This document shows positions 11,362 through 22,014 of a stretch of 64,000 nucleotides of DNA, one piece after another; position 1 is the first letter of the stretch, and every line of letters starts with the position of its first letter. The DNA is from Lama glama (taxonomy: Eukaryota): assembly GCA_028534125.1 (NCBI GenBank), contig CM052818.1:46378001-46442000 (forward strand), written 5' to 3'. The notes under the pieces were generated by a model. That model was given only the letters and a program-made list of their open reading frames with translations. It had not been told where the DNA came from and ran no database searches. A program made the position numbers and the translations under genes.

Positions 11362-12859
11362 CGCTGACTCTCAGCTTTATAATGGAGATGTGGAGCCAAA
11401 AAGCAATCTGTGGGGTAAAATTAATCCCCAAACCCTGATTTCTATCCAGATGTTAGATCATGGCCTTGGGATGAAAAGCACCTTGACATTCCTAGACAAA
11501 AAGTAGCTTAAGAAAAAGGCCTTATTGTAAAGAGAATATTCAGATTTCTATTCATCTGCCTGGCTCACGGGTAAGTAACTAGCCTTAGATTAAATACAAA
11601 AGCATATTTTACCCAGCATTGTGAGGGTCCTCAGATCAATCTCTTTAGATTTTTCAAATGTTGGTCAACTCACAGGGAGCTATTTTTAAGTGTCACCTGT
11701 CCTTGTACATTTGAAGTCAAAGCTGACAGCATGGCCTGGAGAATGCAGTGCTTCCACTGTCTTCCCAGCTAAGGATGTGTTTGGGGACCCAGACTGGAAG
11801 GCTCTGCCTTGTCACCATGAGTATTGACAGAAGGGTCGAGTGGGCAGAGCTGAATACACCATCCTGAGATGAAAGGATCTTGTTCTGCAAACAAACATTG
11901 TTGATAAAACGACACAGGCACAGAAGCAAGTGACTGACAGATTTCATTAATCCTGGAGCCAGAAGGGACCTTAAGGGTCACGGAGTCCCAAGTCTGGCGA
12001 GCAGCAGAGCCATGGTGAGAATGGGGCCTCCTGACTCCCGGTCTCAGCTCAGACTGTTCATCAGCACATACTTCCTGAGTGCCCTCTGGGCTCAGTGGGG
12101 CTGTGAGAGGTCACACCTCTGCCCACAGGCCACGAGGAAGCACTCAGCATTTTCAACTCTCCCACTTCTTTGAAGTGAGTCACCCGAGAGAGAGGTGCTC
12201 CCACACAGATGGTGCGATGGATGGAATTACCACCAACTCATCCTGTGGCTTCGGGCAAGACTCATCACCTCTCTAGTCTCAGATCCTTTATCTGCACATG
12301 AGGACACTGGCTTCAAGAACTCACTCCAGCCTTCCAGCCCTCACTTGCTAGATTTCTGCTTTCCTAATATCAGTAGTACAGGCCTTCCTCCACAAGCAAA
12401 CCAAGGAAGAGTGTGTGGTGACCAGTCCTGGTTTTATGAAGCCTTGAGATTCACACATTATCTCAAGCAGGATGTGGCATTCTCAGGGCTAAAGCTGCTG
12501 GATATGCCATACAATAGGCTGGGAGGCTGGTGCGAGCTCCCTCAGATGGAGTAGACGTCAGCGAGGGCCACCAGTCACCGGTGCTTTGCTCTTGTCCCCC
12601 GCACCTCTGTCCCTCATCTTAAAACGCCACAGGTGCAACTGACCATGGACCATGGGACAAATAGCTGCTTGAACCCAAATCATAAGCAGAGAGAAACTTT
12701 CTATTTAACTAAGATTCACGCCAAGTGTATAAGACCGGGACTCAAGAGAGCTGGGTTCTGGTCCATTTCTGCTACATACAACTGGGCTTCAATTCCACCC
12801 TCTGAAATCTGAGAATGACCAGTCTCTCTAGTTCTGGTCCTTCCTTCAGAACTCTTCCC

Positions 12860-13322
12860 AGCTCTTTCCCTCTCTATTCCCATCACAGAGGGGTCTGATC
12901 CCTGCAGGCTGGGATCGTGGGCTCAGGTGTCAGCTGGACTTCTGAGTGTGGCCAGTGGGGAGTGGTGGCAGGAGACAGGCAGAGGTAAGAAGGTGGAAGC
13001 CGGGGTACTGCTCCCTCGCGCTCTCTGCTTGGGCAGCATCCCCAGCAGCTGCTGCAGGTCCTCACGCTCCCCAAGCCGGGCAGGCCTGTCATGGCCCCGA
13101 CTTCTGCTGTGTGACCCCAGCACCCCCAGCTCTGCTAACTCCACCTCCTCTCTTTCCCCTCGAACCTAGGGATTGAGTGGCTTCCTGCTGTTGCTGATCT
13201 CCGGATGCCTCCCTGTCTGCTATCTCAGCTCCTCCATCATCTATGGAACCAATTCTGTATATTAAATTCTCTGTTTTCAATAATCATAGTGGTTTGTCTT
13301 CCTGGTGGGGCCCTGACTGACA
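12860..13322 (+). mobile_element. ERVL LTR (LTR33-like)
   Basis: 'ggcttcctgctgttgctgatctc...attaaattctctg...gtggtttgtcttcctggtggggccctgactgaca' is a typical LTR33 3' end. Confidence 0.8.
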
Positions 13323-13569
13323 ACCCTAGATGACCACGAGGTTGCTCCTCCAAGTCCAATGCTCTGCGTCTCCCAGAGTCCTCTGTTCTTCGTTCCCAGC
13401 CCCACAAACTGGTTGGTCTTGGGCAAGTCACTTCTCTCTAGACTTCAGTTTTCTCTTCTCTGAAATGAAGGCTTTGTCCTTGATGGTCTTCAATCCCTTT
13501 TCAGCATCAGAGCTCTATACCTAGGACTAATCCTTTAGGCTCACCTGTGGGTTCGAATTCACCATTTAG

Positions 13570-13730
13570 TCTAGTGGTTCTCCAACTTCCCATGCACGAG
13601 CATGGCCTGGAGAGTTCATTAGAAAGGCAGGAATCCAGCCTCCAAACCTGAAGAATGTGATGTGGTTGGTCTGGAACAGGGCCCAGGAATCTGAATTTCT
13701 ACCAAGCATTCCTGGAGATTCTGGGACAGG
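13570..13730. mobile_element. MER5-family hAT MITE
   Basis: 'agtggttctccaactt...ggtctggaacagggcccaggaatctgaatttctaccaagcattcctggagattctg'. Confidence 0.7.
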
Positions 13731-13911
13731 CATTCCTCTGGCTGCCCGTTCTGATGGCGCTAGTGACTCTGGTTTACATGACAAACCACCGCTGAGGCTG
13801 GAAGATGGCTTAAGGTGCAATGCTTGTTTACTCTGCTCTTTATATGCTGGATGGCTGGTGCTGTGATGGATCAACTAAAGTTCTTCCCACATTTCCTCTG
13901 ACTCTGGCACC

Positions 13912-14200
13912 CATCAGGTTCTTAGTTCCAAGCAAACAGAATCCAAATCTGACTGACCCAACCAGAATAGGACTTCATTTGTTGGCTGTTGGATAACTTA
14001 CAGGATCTCCAGAAGGAAGGACCAGTGGATCAGACATTAACACAGCCAGAACCACACTTTCAACTGCAAAGCAGTGCTGGTCCTCCCAGGACATGGCTGA
14101 CCTCTGTCTCTGGCCACTGGTCCCACCATGATGCCACTGTTAGGGTGGAAATCTGATTTCACGGGCAGCTGCTGCGCCTGCCGGAGAGAAATCTGCCTGC
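13912..14200 (-). mobile_element. Old MaLR LTR fragment (MLT1N/O-like)
   Basis: 'tcaggttcttagttccaagcaaacagaatccaaatctgactgac'. Confidence 0.45.
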
Positions 14201-14364
14201 TCCTTTTCATTACGGATGAACCATCTGAACCCTGCTTCTCATTCTCATCTTCCCTCCTCTCCCACCCCTGCCTCCCCTCCCTCCCTTCCCCTTCCAGATA
14301 TGAGATGTCCAAGGGGAAGTTGTAACAGAATCCAAGAATGAAATATTAGATTCTTGATTTCAAA

Positions 14365-14526
14365 GCCATGATTTTCAGCCCTGGACCCATATTAGAATCA
14401 CCCGGGATACTTAAATATACCCACACCTGGTCCACTGCAAACCAGTTGAATCATTCTCGGAGTTGGGGCCTGGGCACCAGTTTCCCCAGGTGATTCTAAC
14501 GTGCATTAGGTCTGAGAATCACTGCT
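14365..14526. mobile_element. MER5A/MER5A1 hAT MITE
   Basis: 'attagaatcacccggga...ccccaggtgattctaacgtgca...tgagaatcactg'. Confidence 0.8.
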
Positions 14527-14999
14527 TTCTAGTTTGAAAAGCTGTGATCCCGGTGTGAGGCAGGCAGAGGGTTCAGGTAGTTTGTGGCTCTCCAGAGGTG
14601 CTTCTTCCCGCCCTCTCAGCAGCCTGGAGAGGCGTCCTGAGCTGGCAGAGGGGACAGTCAGGGAGGAGGGCCCAGGAGGCGGCCCCATGTGGACCTGCAC
14701 ACTGCCCTGGTCAGGCGGGGCCCCAGGTTGGGGGGAAGTTCCAGATATGTTTGTGACCCAAGAGCAGAGGGGACTGGAGCCACAGAAAAGGCCGCTTGGA
14801 GCTTCTGGAAGATGCGCTGAGGGCAGCCTTATGGTCCTGATCCTGCCACTGGGGCGTGGAGAGCAGCCAGCCATTCTCCTCTTCTGACTGAGACGGGCTC
14901 AGTCTGGACGCCAGAATCAGCAGCCCTGGAGGGTCCTTCTGGCTTGGAAGAAAGAATGTGGCATGGCCTTCAGGACTGATGGCCATGTGGAGGGACAGC

Positions 15000-15230
15000 A
15001 GAACATGGCAGTTAAGAGCACAGACTGGAGCCAGAATGCATGAGCTGGAATCCCAAATCCACAACTTTTAGGTCTGTGACCTTCGGCAAGTCATATAACC
15101 TCTCTGTGCCTCAGTCTCCTCCCCCTGTAAAATGGAACTGTGACCCACCTGATAGCGTTGGTACCAGGATTATGTTTGCTGCTATTTTCAAAGCACTGAG
15201 AGCTGTGTCCAGCAGACAACCGCTTAGCAC
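15000..15230 (+). mobile_element. MIR SINE
   Basis: 'gttaagagcacagactggagccaga...tgtgaccttcggcaagtcatataacctctctgtgcctcagt'. Confidence 0.85.
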
Positions 15231-15749
15231 TGCAGGGAGTTCTTACATAAATGCAGAACTGGGCACGTGGTCATCTGCATGGATGTCAGCTCGGAGGTGT
15301 TTGATGACCAAGAACTATGTGCCTACCCTCATCCCCTAATGCTAGGAATTCCCCAGCTAGCTTCGCTGCAGCTCTAAGGAGAAAGTAGAGAGCAGAGAAA
15401 TAGAAATTGTGTAATTTTCTCATGAGTCAACTGAGAAACCCTCGAATTGGCAAAATATTATTTTCTGTTACTAAGAGGCATCAGGAGTAAAGACAGAAAC
15501 AAAGTCCAGTCCTAATAAATTAAAGAAAGACACAGTTTCATACCTGAATCTATGGCTAGAAAGTTTGCTTTCTCAACATTTCCCTGGAAGCTACAGGAAG
15601 TCTCTCTGCTCACCACAGACACACCGCTGATTACACTGTGGTTCCATTTTCATTAGGAGATAAGCAGCCTGTTTTTCATAGGCTTCTGCTGGAGAGTCTG
15701 GAATTCCTTCCAGCATGTTGATTAAATGGTCATGCCTCTGCCTCCTGGG

Positions 15750-15865
15750 AGCTCACTGAGCTGCTTGGATGTGCAGACTGATGTTTTTCATCAAATTTGC
15801 GGAATTTTCAGCCCTTATTTTTTCAGATACTCTTGCTGCTCCTTTTCGCCTTCCTTTACCTCTGA
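15750..15865 (-). mobile_element. Inverted L1 ORF1 fragment
   Basis: Minus strand translates KGAARVSEKIRAENSANLMKNISLHIQAAQ, similar to the L1 ORF1p motif EEIMAENFPNLMKNINLHIQEAQ. Confidence 0.75.
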
Positions 15866-16024
15866 CTCCTGCTTTGCACAAGAAAAGATGGCCAACCAAG
15901 AATTCTTCATCCAGCAAAAACTATCCTTCAAAAATAAAGGAGAAATTCAGATTTTTCCCAAATAAACAAAAACTGAGTGGATTTGTCCCAGCAAGCCTCC
16001 ACTCCAAGAAATACAAGAGGGATT

Positions 16025-16368
16025 CTTCTAAAAAAGTACAACAAACTAGCGAATATTACAGAAAAGAAACAGACTCACAGATGTAGAGAAGGAACGAGTG
16101 GGGAGGCGGAAGGGGCGGGGCAAGATGGAGGTGGAGGATTGAGAGCTACAAACTGTCAGGTATAAAATAAGCTACAAGAATGTATTGTACAACATGGGGA
16201 ATGTAGTCAATACTTTATAATAGCTACAAATGGAACATAAACTTAAAAATTTGAGTATCACTATATTGTATACCTGTAACATATAATATTGTACATCAAC
16301 TATACTTCAATTAAAAAAATATATTATAAAATAAATACATAAATAAATTAAAAAATAGTTAAAAAAAA
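16025..16368 (+). mobile_element. Younger L1 3' UTR and poly(A) nested in older L1
   Basis: Ends 'gtacatcaactatacttcaattaaaaaaa' plus A-rich tail; perfect 19-bp TSD aagaaatacaagagggatt at 16006-16024 and 16369-16387. Confidence 0.92.
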
Positions 16369-17062
16369 AAGAAATACAAGAGGGATTTCTAAATGAAAGG
16401 ACACTAGACAGGAAGTCAGTTCCACAAGAAGAATGAATAAATGCCTGTAGACAGAACTGCGTAGGGAAGTATAAAAGACATTTTTATTTTTAACCTATTT
16501 CCTGCAAACCCATTTAAAAGACAATTGCATAAAGAAATAATTATAAGACTGTGTTTGATGCGCTTTAATGTATAAGGATATAATTTGTATGACAATAATT
16601 GCACAAAAGAGGGAGAAATGAAGCTACATTAGAGCAGCATCTTTGTGTACAATTGAAATCAAATTGGTACTAGTCTGAGCTAGAGTGTTTTAAGTTAATA
16701 TGTTAATTGTAATCCTCGGGACAACCACTACTAAAATAACAAAAATATAATTAAAGAAACAATGAGGAAGTTGAAATGGTACATTAGAAAATATCTATTC
16801 AACAGAAAAGCAGCAGTAATGGAGAAACAGAGACACACCAGATATATAAGACACACAGAAAACAAACAGCAAGAAGGCAGATGTAAACCCTTCCTTATAA
16901 GAAAGTACACTTACATTGAATGTAAATAAACCGAACATTCAGTCAAAAGGCAGAAAGCAACAGAATGGACAATAAGCATGTTTTGCCAATATGTTGCCCA
17001 CAAGAGACACACTGTAAATCCAAAACCACAAATAAATGTAAGTAAAAGGATGGAATGGTACA

Positions 17063-17272
17063 CAGTTGACCCTTGAACGATATGGGTTGGAACTGTATGG
17101 GTCCACTTATACGTGGACGTTTTCCAGTAAATACGTACTACGTACAGAACTACATGATCCACAATTGGTTGAGTCTGCAGCTGTGGAGCTATGGGTGTGA
17201 AGGGCCAACTGTAAAGATATATTCAGATTTTTGACTGCACCCCTAGCCGCCGTGTTGTTCAAGGGCCAACTG
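17063..17272 (+). mobile_element. Tigger2-derived MITE (TcMar) inserted in L1 ORF2
   Basis: Terminal inverted repeats cagttgacccttgaac and gttcaagggccaactg (15/16 match); internal 'gggtccacttatacgtgga'. Confidence 0.9.
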
Positions 17273-17819
17273 TGCTGTGCAAAGGGCAACCCAAGGAAAG
17301 CTGGAGTGGCTACCTTAGTATCAGACAAAGTAGGCTTTGAGGGAAAAATTGTTACTAGAGACAGAGAAGGATGTTTTATGAGGATGAAAGGGCCAATCCA
17401 TCAGGAAGTCATAGCAATTACAAATATGCTCTTAACAACAGATGTGAATAAATGGAGAGACATACATTTTCCTCTATGAAAAGACTCAATGTCCTAAAGA
17501 GGTTGATTCTCTCCAAATTAATCTATACATTCATTCTAATTGCAATCAAAGTCTCAATGAGATTTTGCAGAAAACTTTATAAGTTGATTCCAAGTTTAAT
17601 AGGTGAGGGAGAAAATACATGAGAATAGCCCAGAAACATTTTTTAAAAGGAGAATGAAGGGAAACTTGCTCTTCCAGATTCCTAAATGGAAAAAAAATGC
17701 CACAGGAATTAAAATGATGTGGCCCTAGCCCAATAGGTGACAAATAAGTAGGACAGATGGACCTATGAAGAGAAATTTATTTTATAAGAGAAAATTATTT
17801 TATTATAAGAGAAAAAGAA

Positions 17820-17965
17820 ATTTATTCATTCATTCAGCAGCAATTTATTTAGTACTTATCATGTGTCAGGCAATTCAGTGCTAGGGATACGGGTAAGTTC
17901 CTGCCCTTGCAGAAAGAACATTGTACTTGGGGAAGGCAGAGAAAGAACAAGTGATCGATGAAATA
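17820..17965 (-). mobile_element. L2 3' end
   Basis: 'attcattcattcagcagcaatttatttagtacttatcatgtgtcaggc'. Confidence 0.75.
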
Positions 17966-18263
17966 AAATACTGCTTTAGACAGTACCCGGCCGTCGGGCT
18001 CTGGTCCTTTACGTGCTGACACCTCCTGTGGTCTGCGCTGGGATGTTCTTGACGTCTGGAGCTCTCCATGGGAGGGCTGCTGCCCTTGTGCATCCTCTGT
18101 CGCCTGGACAGCCACTCCATGTAGCTCAATACAAATTTTAATTAGAAACTCTATTAACTGTAGCATATGTTGATATGTCTGTATTTGTATAGCTACATGT
18201 TTGAAAGGCTGAAAATCAGAGTCAGTGATTTCTTTTGAGGTATAGGATTGAAGGGGAATTCTT

Positions 18264-18480
18264 TTTGTAAAATTTTTTAATTGAAATGTAGTTGATTTAC
18301 ACTGTTAGTTTCAGGTGTACAGCACGGTGATTCAGTTATACATCTACACACATATGTATTTTCTCTTCAGATTCTTTTATTGTATTAACAAGAAAGTGAA
18401 TGTAGTTCCCGGTGCTATCCAGTAGGTCCTTGCTGTTTATCTAGTTTATGAAAAGTAACAGGTGTCTGTTAATCCCCAGC
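18264..18480 (-). mobile_element. L1 3' end (artiodactyl type) with TSD
   Basis: 'ttaattgaaatgtagttgatttacactgttagtttcaggtgtacagc'; TSD tgaaggggaattctt (18249-18263) and tgaaagggaattctt (18481-18495). Confidence 0.9.
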
Positions 18481-18729
18481 TGAAAGGGAATTCTTAATTC
18501 AACACATTTCACTTTAATTTTTACAAGCATGACTTGTTTTTATAATTAAAAACAAGGTTTTACTTGAAAGTAAGTAGGTTATTTTCTTCTTGCAGCGAAG
18601 TTACTAAGTTTTCTGTTACTCAGTTTATTAAAAAAAAATGACAAGGCAGAGATTTCAAACGCAAATGAGGACCCTCTGGGATTAACGGTCCACCTCTCCT
18701 GCATGAGACAGTGTACCCGTTATCAGGTC

Positions 18730-18945
18730 GGATTCTGTAGTCATGCAAACCTGGTTTAAATAATATCCCGACTCCCGTTCACTAGTTCTCTCACCATAGG
18801 CAAGTCACTCAACCTCCCCAGGCCTCAGTTTCTCCCACCGTGAAATAGGTGCAGTTATACTACCTCTCCAGTGGGGTTGTTTGAGGGTTAATGGGACATT
18901 GTGGGTCAGTCCCTTAGCAGGGCATGGCAGACGGTAAGTGCTCGT
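18730..18945 (+). mobile_element. MIR SINE
   Basis: 'ggcaagtcactcaacctccccaggcctcagtttctcccaccgtgaaatagg'. Confidence 0.8.
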
Positions 18946-20914
18946 TTGGGGTCCCTGTATGTACAGTCTCCTGGCCCCGTCCAGCCTATACCGTATTGGG
19001 AGCCACGCCATTCATTCGACCTTCAGTCACAGATTATCTCGAATTGTTGGCTAATTATTTCCTGGATGAATGGACCGTAGCAACATAATTTTATGTGGGG
19101 TTACAAGCACTTGGGCACATAAAAAGCAATTCTCGACATACCAGATTTTAAAGATAATCTCTATAATCTAGCCCCGAATAAATCACATGTATTATAAGAA
19201 TGTATTAACTCCCCGATTAAAATTGATTTGCTAAAAGCATCCTAAAAAGGCTCCAAGCTGGCATACCTTACTCACATGCTGATTTCATAGTTATTTTTGA
19301 GTAATACCTACAATTCCTAAGAATTTACGGTTTCGATCACCCTCTGAGCCCTGTGTTGCTTGTGAGCGTGGGTCACGCAGAGCTAATAGTATTCATGATC
19401 AGCTACCTGAGAGGAGACTTCACATCAGCTCCAATTAGCGTCAGATTAGAACCAGAACCCAGGCACATCTCCCAGCTGCAAAATGTCTTACCTGCTGAGA
19501 TTGGGGGGCGCCATTACACAGAGAAGTGCAGGGGTCCCCAGAGCAGGGGAACTCGGAACATCCTGGGAGCTTCGCTCACTGGAATGAATGCTCTGTTTTC
19601 CATCTGGGCCATGGTCACAGGTGACAATCAGGCAGGGAACCGTGGGTCCCCACATGGTTACACTTAGGAGCAGCTGTCCACCTGCCTTGGAGATTGGCTG
19701 GAAGGGAAGGTACGGTAGGAATAAGGCCTAAAGTGACACCACAATCAGGCAAGGTTGTCAGAAAATGTAGCATCTGTCCCCTCCTCTCTCACTTCCCTAG
19801 CTTCCTGGGGAGATTCAGCAGGAGGGATGTAGGAATAAATGAATGGATAGGACTTGTGCATTGGTACAGGAAGCAGGAAACCTGGATCCACTAGGAACTA
19901 GGAGAAAATAGAACAGGAAGCACTTAGAAATAACTCTGGCCCAGGCCACCCAGCCAGGACAGGTGTTTTCAGTGACCACCCCAGAGGACCATACAGTGGG
20001 ACCCCAGGACATCCCTGTCCTTCTCCACCTGCTCTTCATAGCTTGCCTTCCTTCCCTCTTGACTTCTGGGCACCCACTCCGGTTTCCTCTCTTGCCCCTG
20101 CTTTCAGATCTCTGGAAGATTCGTTTCCTTCTCTGCGTGCACTAGAGGGATATTTGATCATGTCCCATCCTGGATTGACCCAGCCACTCCTCTGCTCCTT
20201 GGTTTCCAGCTAGCCCTTGGCAACACAAGAAAGAAGAATTGCACTTCGTTCTGCTCTGCCATTTCAGGAGTACCTAGTTCAGCTTGTCTAGCTTTGACAG
20301 CTTGAGCTTAGAATTTCCCTAGGCACCTCTCCTCTTTGCTGTTTGGAAGAAGGCCTGTCTATTTCCAGATCTCAGGAAGGTACCATTATCCTAATAGGTG
20401 GATGGTATAGTGATGCTGTATATACTCCTGCAAAATACGGGGGCTTCCATCCATCCATCTATCCATTCATCCACCCTGATTTATCCTTGCTATCGCCAAA
20501 CTTAGGCTGTGACAAGTTTTGGGATCAGGCCAGTATGCAAAACAAGTGTGAACTCTAGTTCACATTTTCCAAGATCACTCAAAACAAAAACATGACACTT
20601 CTGTCCACTGGGATGCAGTCCAGGAGGAGTATTTTTTGCTGTGTACCCTGAAAGGAGGTGACTGACTTTATTTAATGTGTGCACAAAGCTTTCATTAGTG
20701 GGACTGGAACATGGAGCGACTGATCCTGGTTTTGTCACTGCCTGTGGCACGTGGACAGAGGGCGCTGAGCCCACTCAGGGTAGGACCGAGGATGCCATCA
20801 CCTAGCTTCTCAGTGATTCTGGAGTACACCCAAGTAGCAAACCACTACCTGAGCATGTTTCCAAAGACCGCTTACGGTCATGTTGGCCCTCTTGGGAGAG
20901 GAGTATCGGGGAGT

Positions 20915-21105
20915 GGGGGCGGTGGTAAGAGTTTCAGAACCAGCTCTCTCAGGTAAAAGCCCTTGTAGGAGGTGTTTTCTGTTTTTTGTGGTGTAAGTGC
21001 TCCCAACACAGCTGATTTCCAGCTGCCACCTCACTGAATGTGAAGTGGGGAAGAAATGGGTACACGTGGCTCCTATGAGCCATGGCAGACAGCTCAAGCA
21101 CACCG
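20915..21105 (-). mobile_element. MER63-like hAT element
   Basis: 'gtggtgtaagtgctcccaacacagctgatttccagctgcc...cactgaatgtgaagtggggaagaaatg...gctcaagcacacc'. Confidence 0.7.
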
Positions 21106-21544
21106 TGAAAGGGCCCCCGCAGGACCGTCAACCTAAAGGTGGTCCCAGTCCCACCAGTGAGGTGAGAGGGAGGGAGACACTGTGGAAACACCTGCAGCAG
21201 CTGGTGGGTTGACAGCCCATCACGGAGGATGGTCCAGGATGGAGGTACAACACTGGGGCTCAAGATGGTCTTTGCGACAATTCTGCAAACTCATCATTCT
21301 TGCTATGGAGAACTCTCCCCAAGACGGAGGAGCTGTCACCCCCTCACTGCTCCATCCTCACTGCAATGAGGGTGGCATAGGAGCCCAGCCTCATTGGCCC
21401 TCAAGGAAGTGACAGGTACATAGATTTTGTTCCACATCGGGTACTGCATGGGTTACTTCTTAGTCCCACTGACAACTATTTAACGTGCTATGATTATCCT
21501 GATGCATCCTTAATGTACTATGGCTACTCCCTTCTCAGCTTCTT

Positions 21545-22014
21545 GAGACTGAATTTGGCTGCAATGAACAGATAATACAAATAACAGTGACTAAAAGAAG
21601 ATAGGGATGTATGTTTCTCTTATGCAAAAGAAGTCCAGCGGAGAGCAGCCCAAAATGGATATGGCAGCTCCTCAGAGACCCAGGCTCCCTCTGTCCCTAC
21701 TTACAGCCATCCTTGGCAGGCGTTTGTTGCCCTGTGGTCCCAGGATGCCTGCTGGAGATCCAGCCATCATGTCTCTATTCCAGGAAGACAGAGGGGAAGC
21801 TTAAAAGGCAGGAGGGGCCTACAAGCCCCATCCAACATCTTCCACTGAATCTCCTTTGACAGAACCGTGTCACAGGACCACACATCATTGCAGGGTGATT
21901 GGGAAATTTAGTTTTTAGCAAGACACACTGCTTCCTTGAATTGAATCTGGATATAATTAATAAGGAAGAAAGGAAGAATGGTTCTTGGGTTGGCTTTCCT
22001 CAATCCCTGTCACA
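21545..22014 (-). mobile_element. MaLR LTR (MLT1J-like)
   Basis: 'aaataacagtgactaaaagaagatagg...ccaggatgcctgctggagatccagccatcatgtc', ending 'ctgtcaca'. Confidence 0.75.

Larger units (their letters stand above)
15885..17700 (+). mobile_element. Old L1M element: ORF1 C-terminus, inter-ORF region, ORF2 endonuclease and post-RT remnants (disrupted)
   Basis: KLSFKNKGEI/FPNKQKL (ORF1 C-terminus); KAGVATLVSDKVGFEGKIVTRDREGCFMRMKGPIHQE (ORF2 endonuclease); then NKWRDI-type post-RT sequence; many stops and frameshifts. Confidence 0.9.

Noticed and set aside
17231..17479. ORF with endonuclease-like sequence as a functional gene
   Set aside because: It is a chimera of Tigger MITE and decayed L1 ORF2 sequence, with stops and frameshifts on both sides
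17765..17830. Short repeated units as a CRISPR-like or functional array
   Set aside because: Imperfect AT-rich slippage repeats without unique spacers, in eukaryotic DNA
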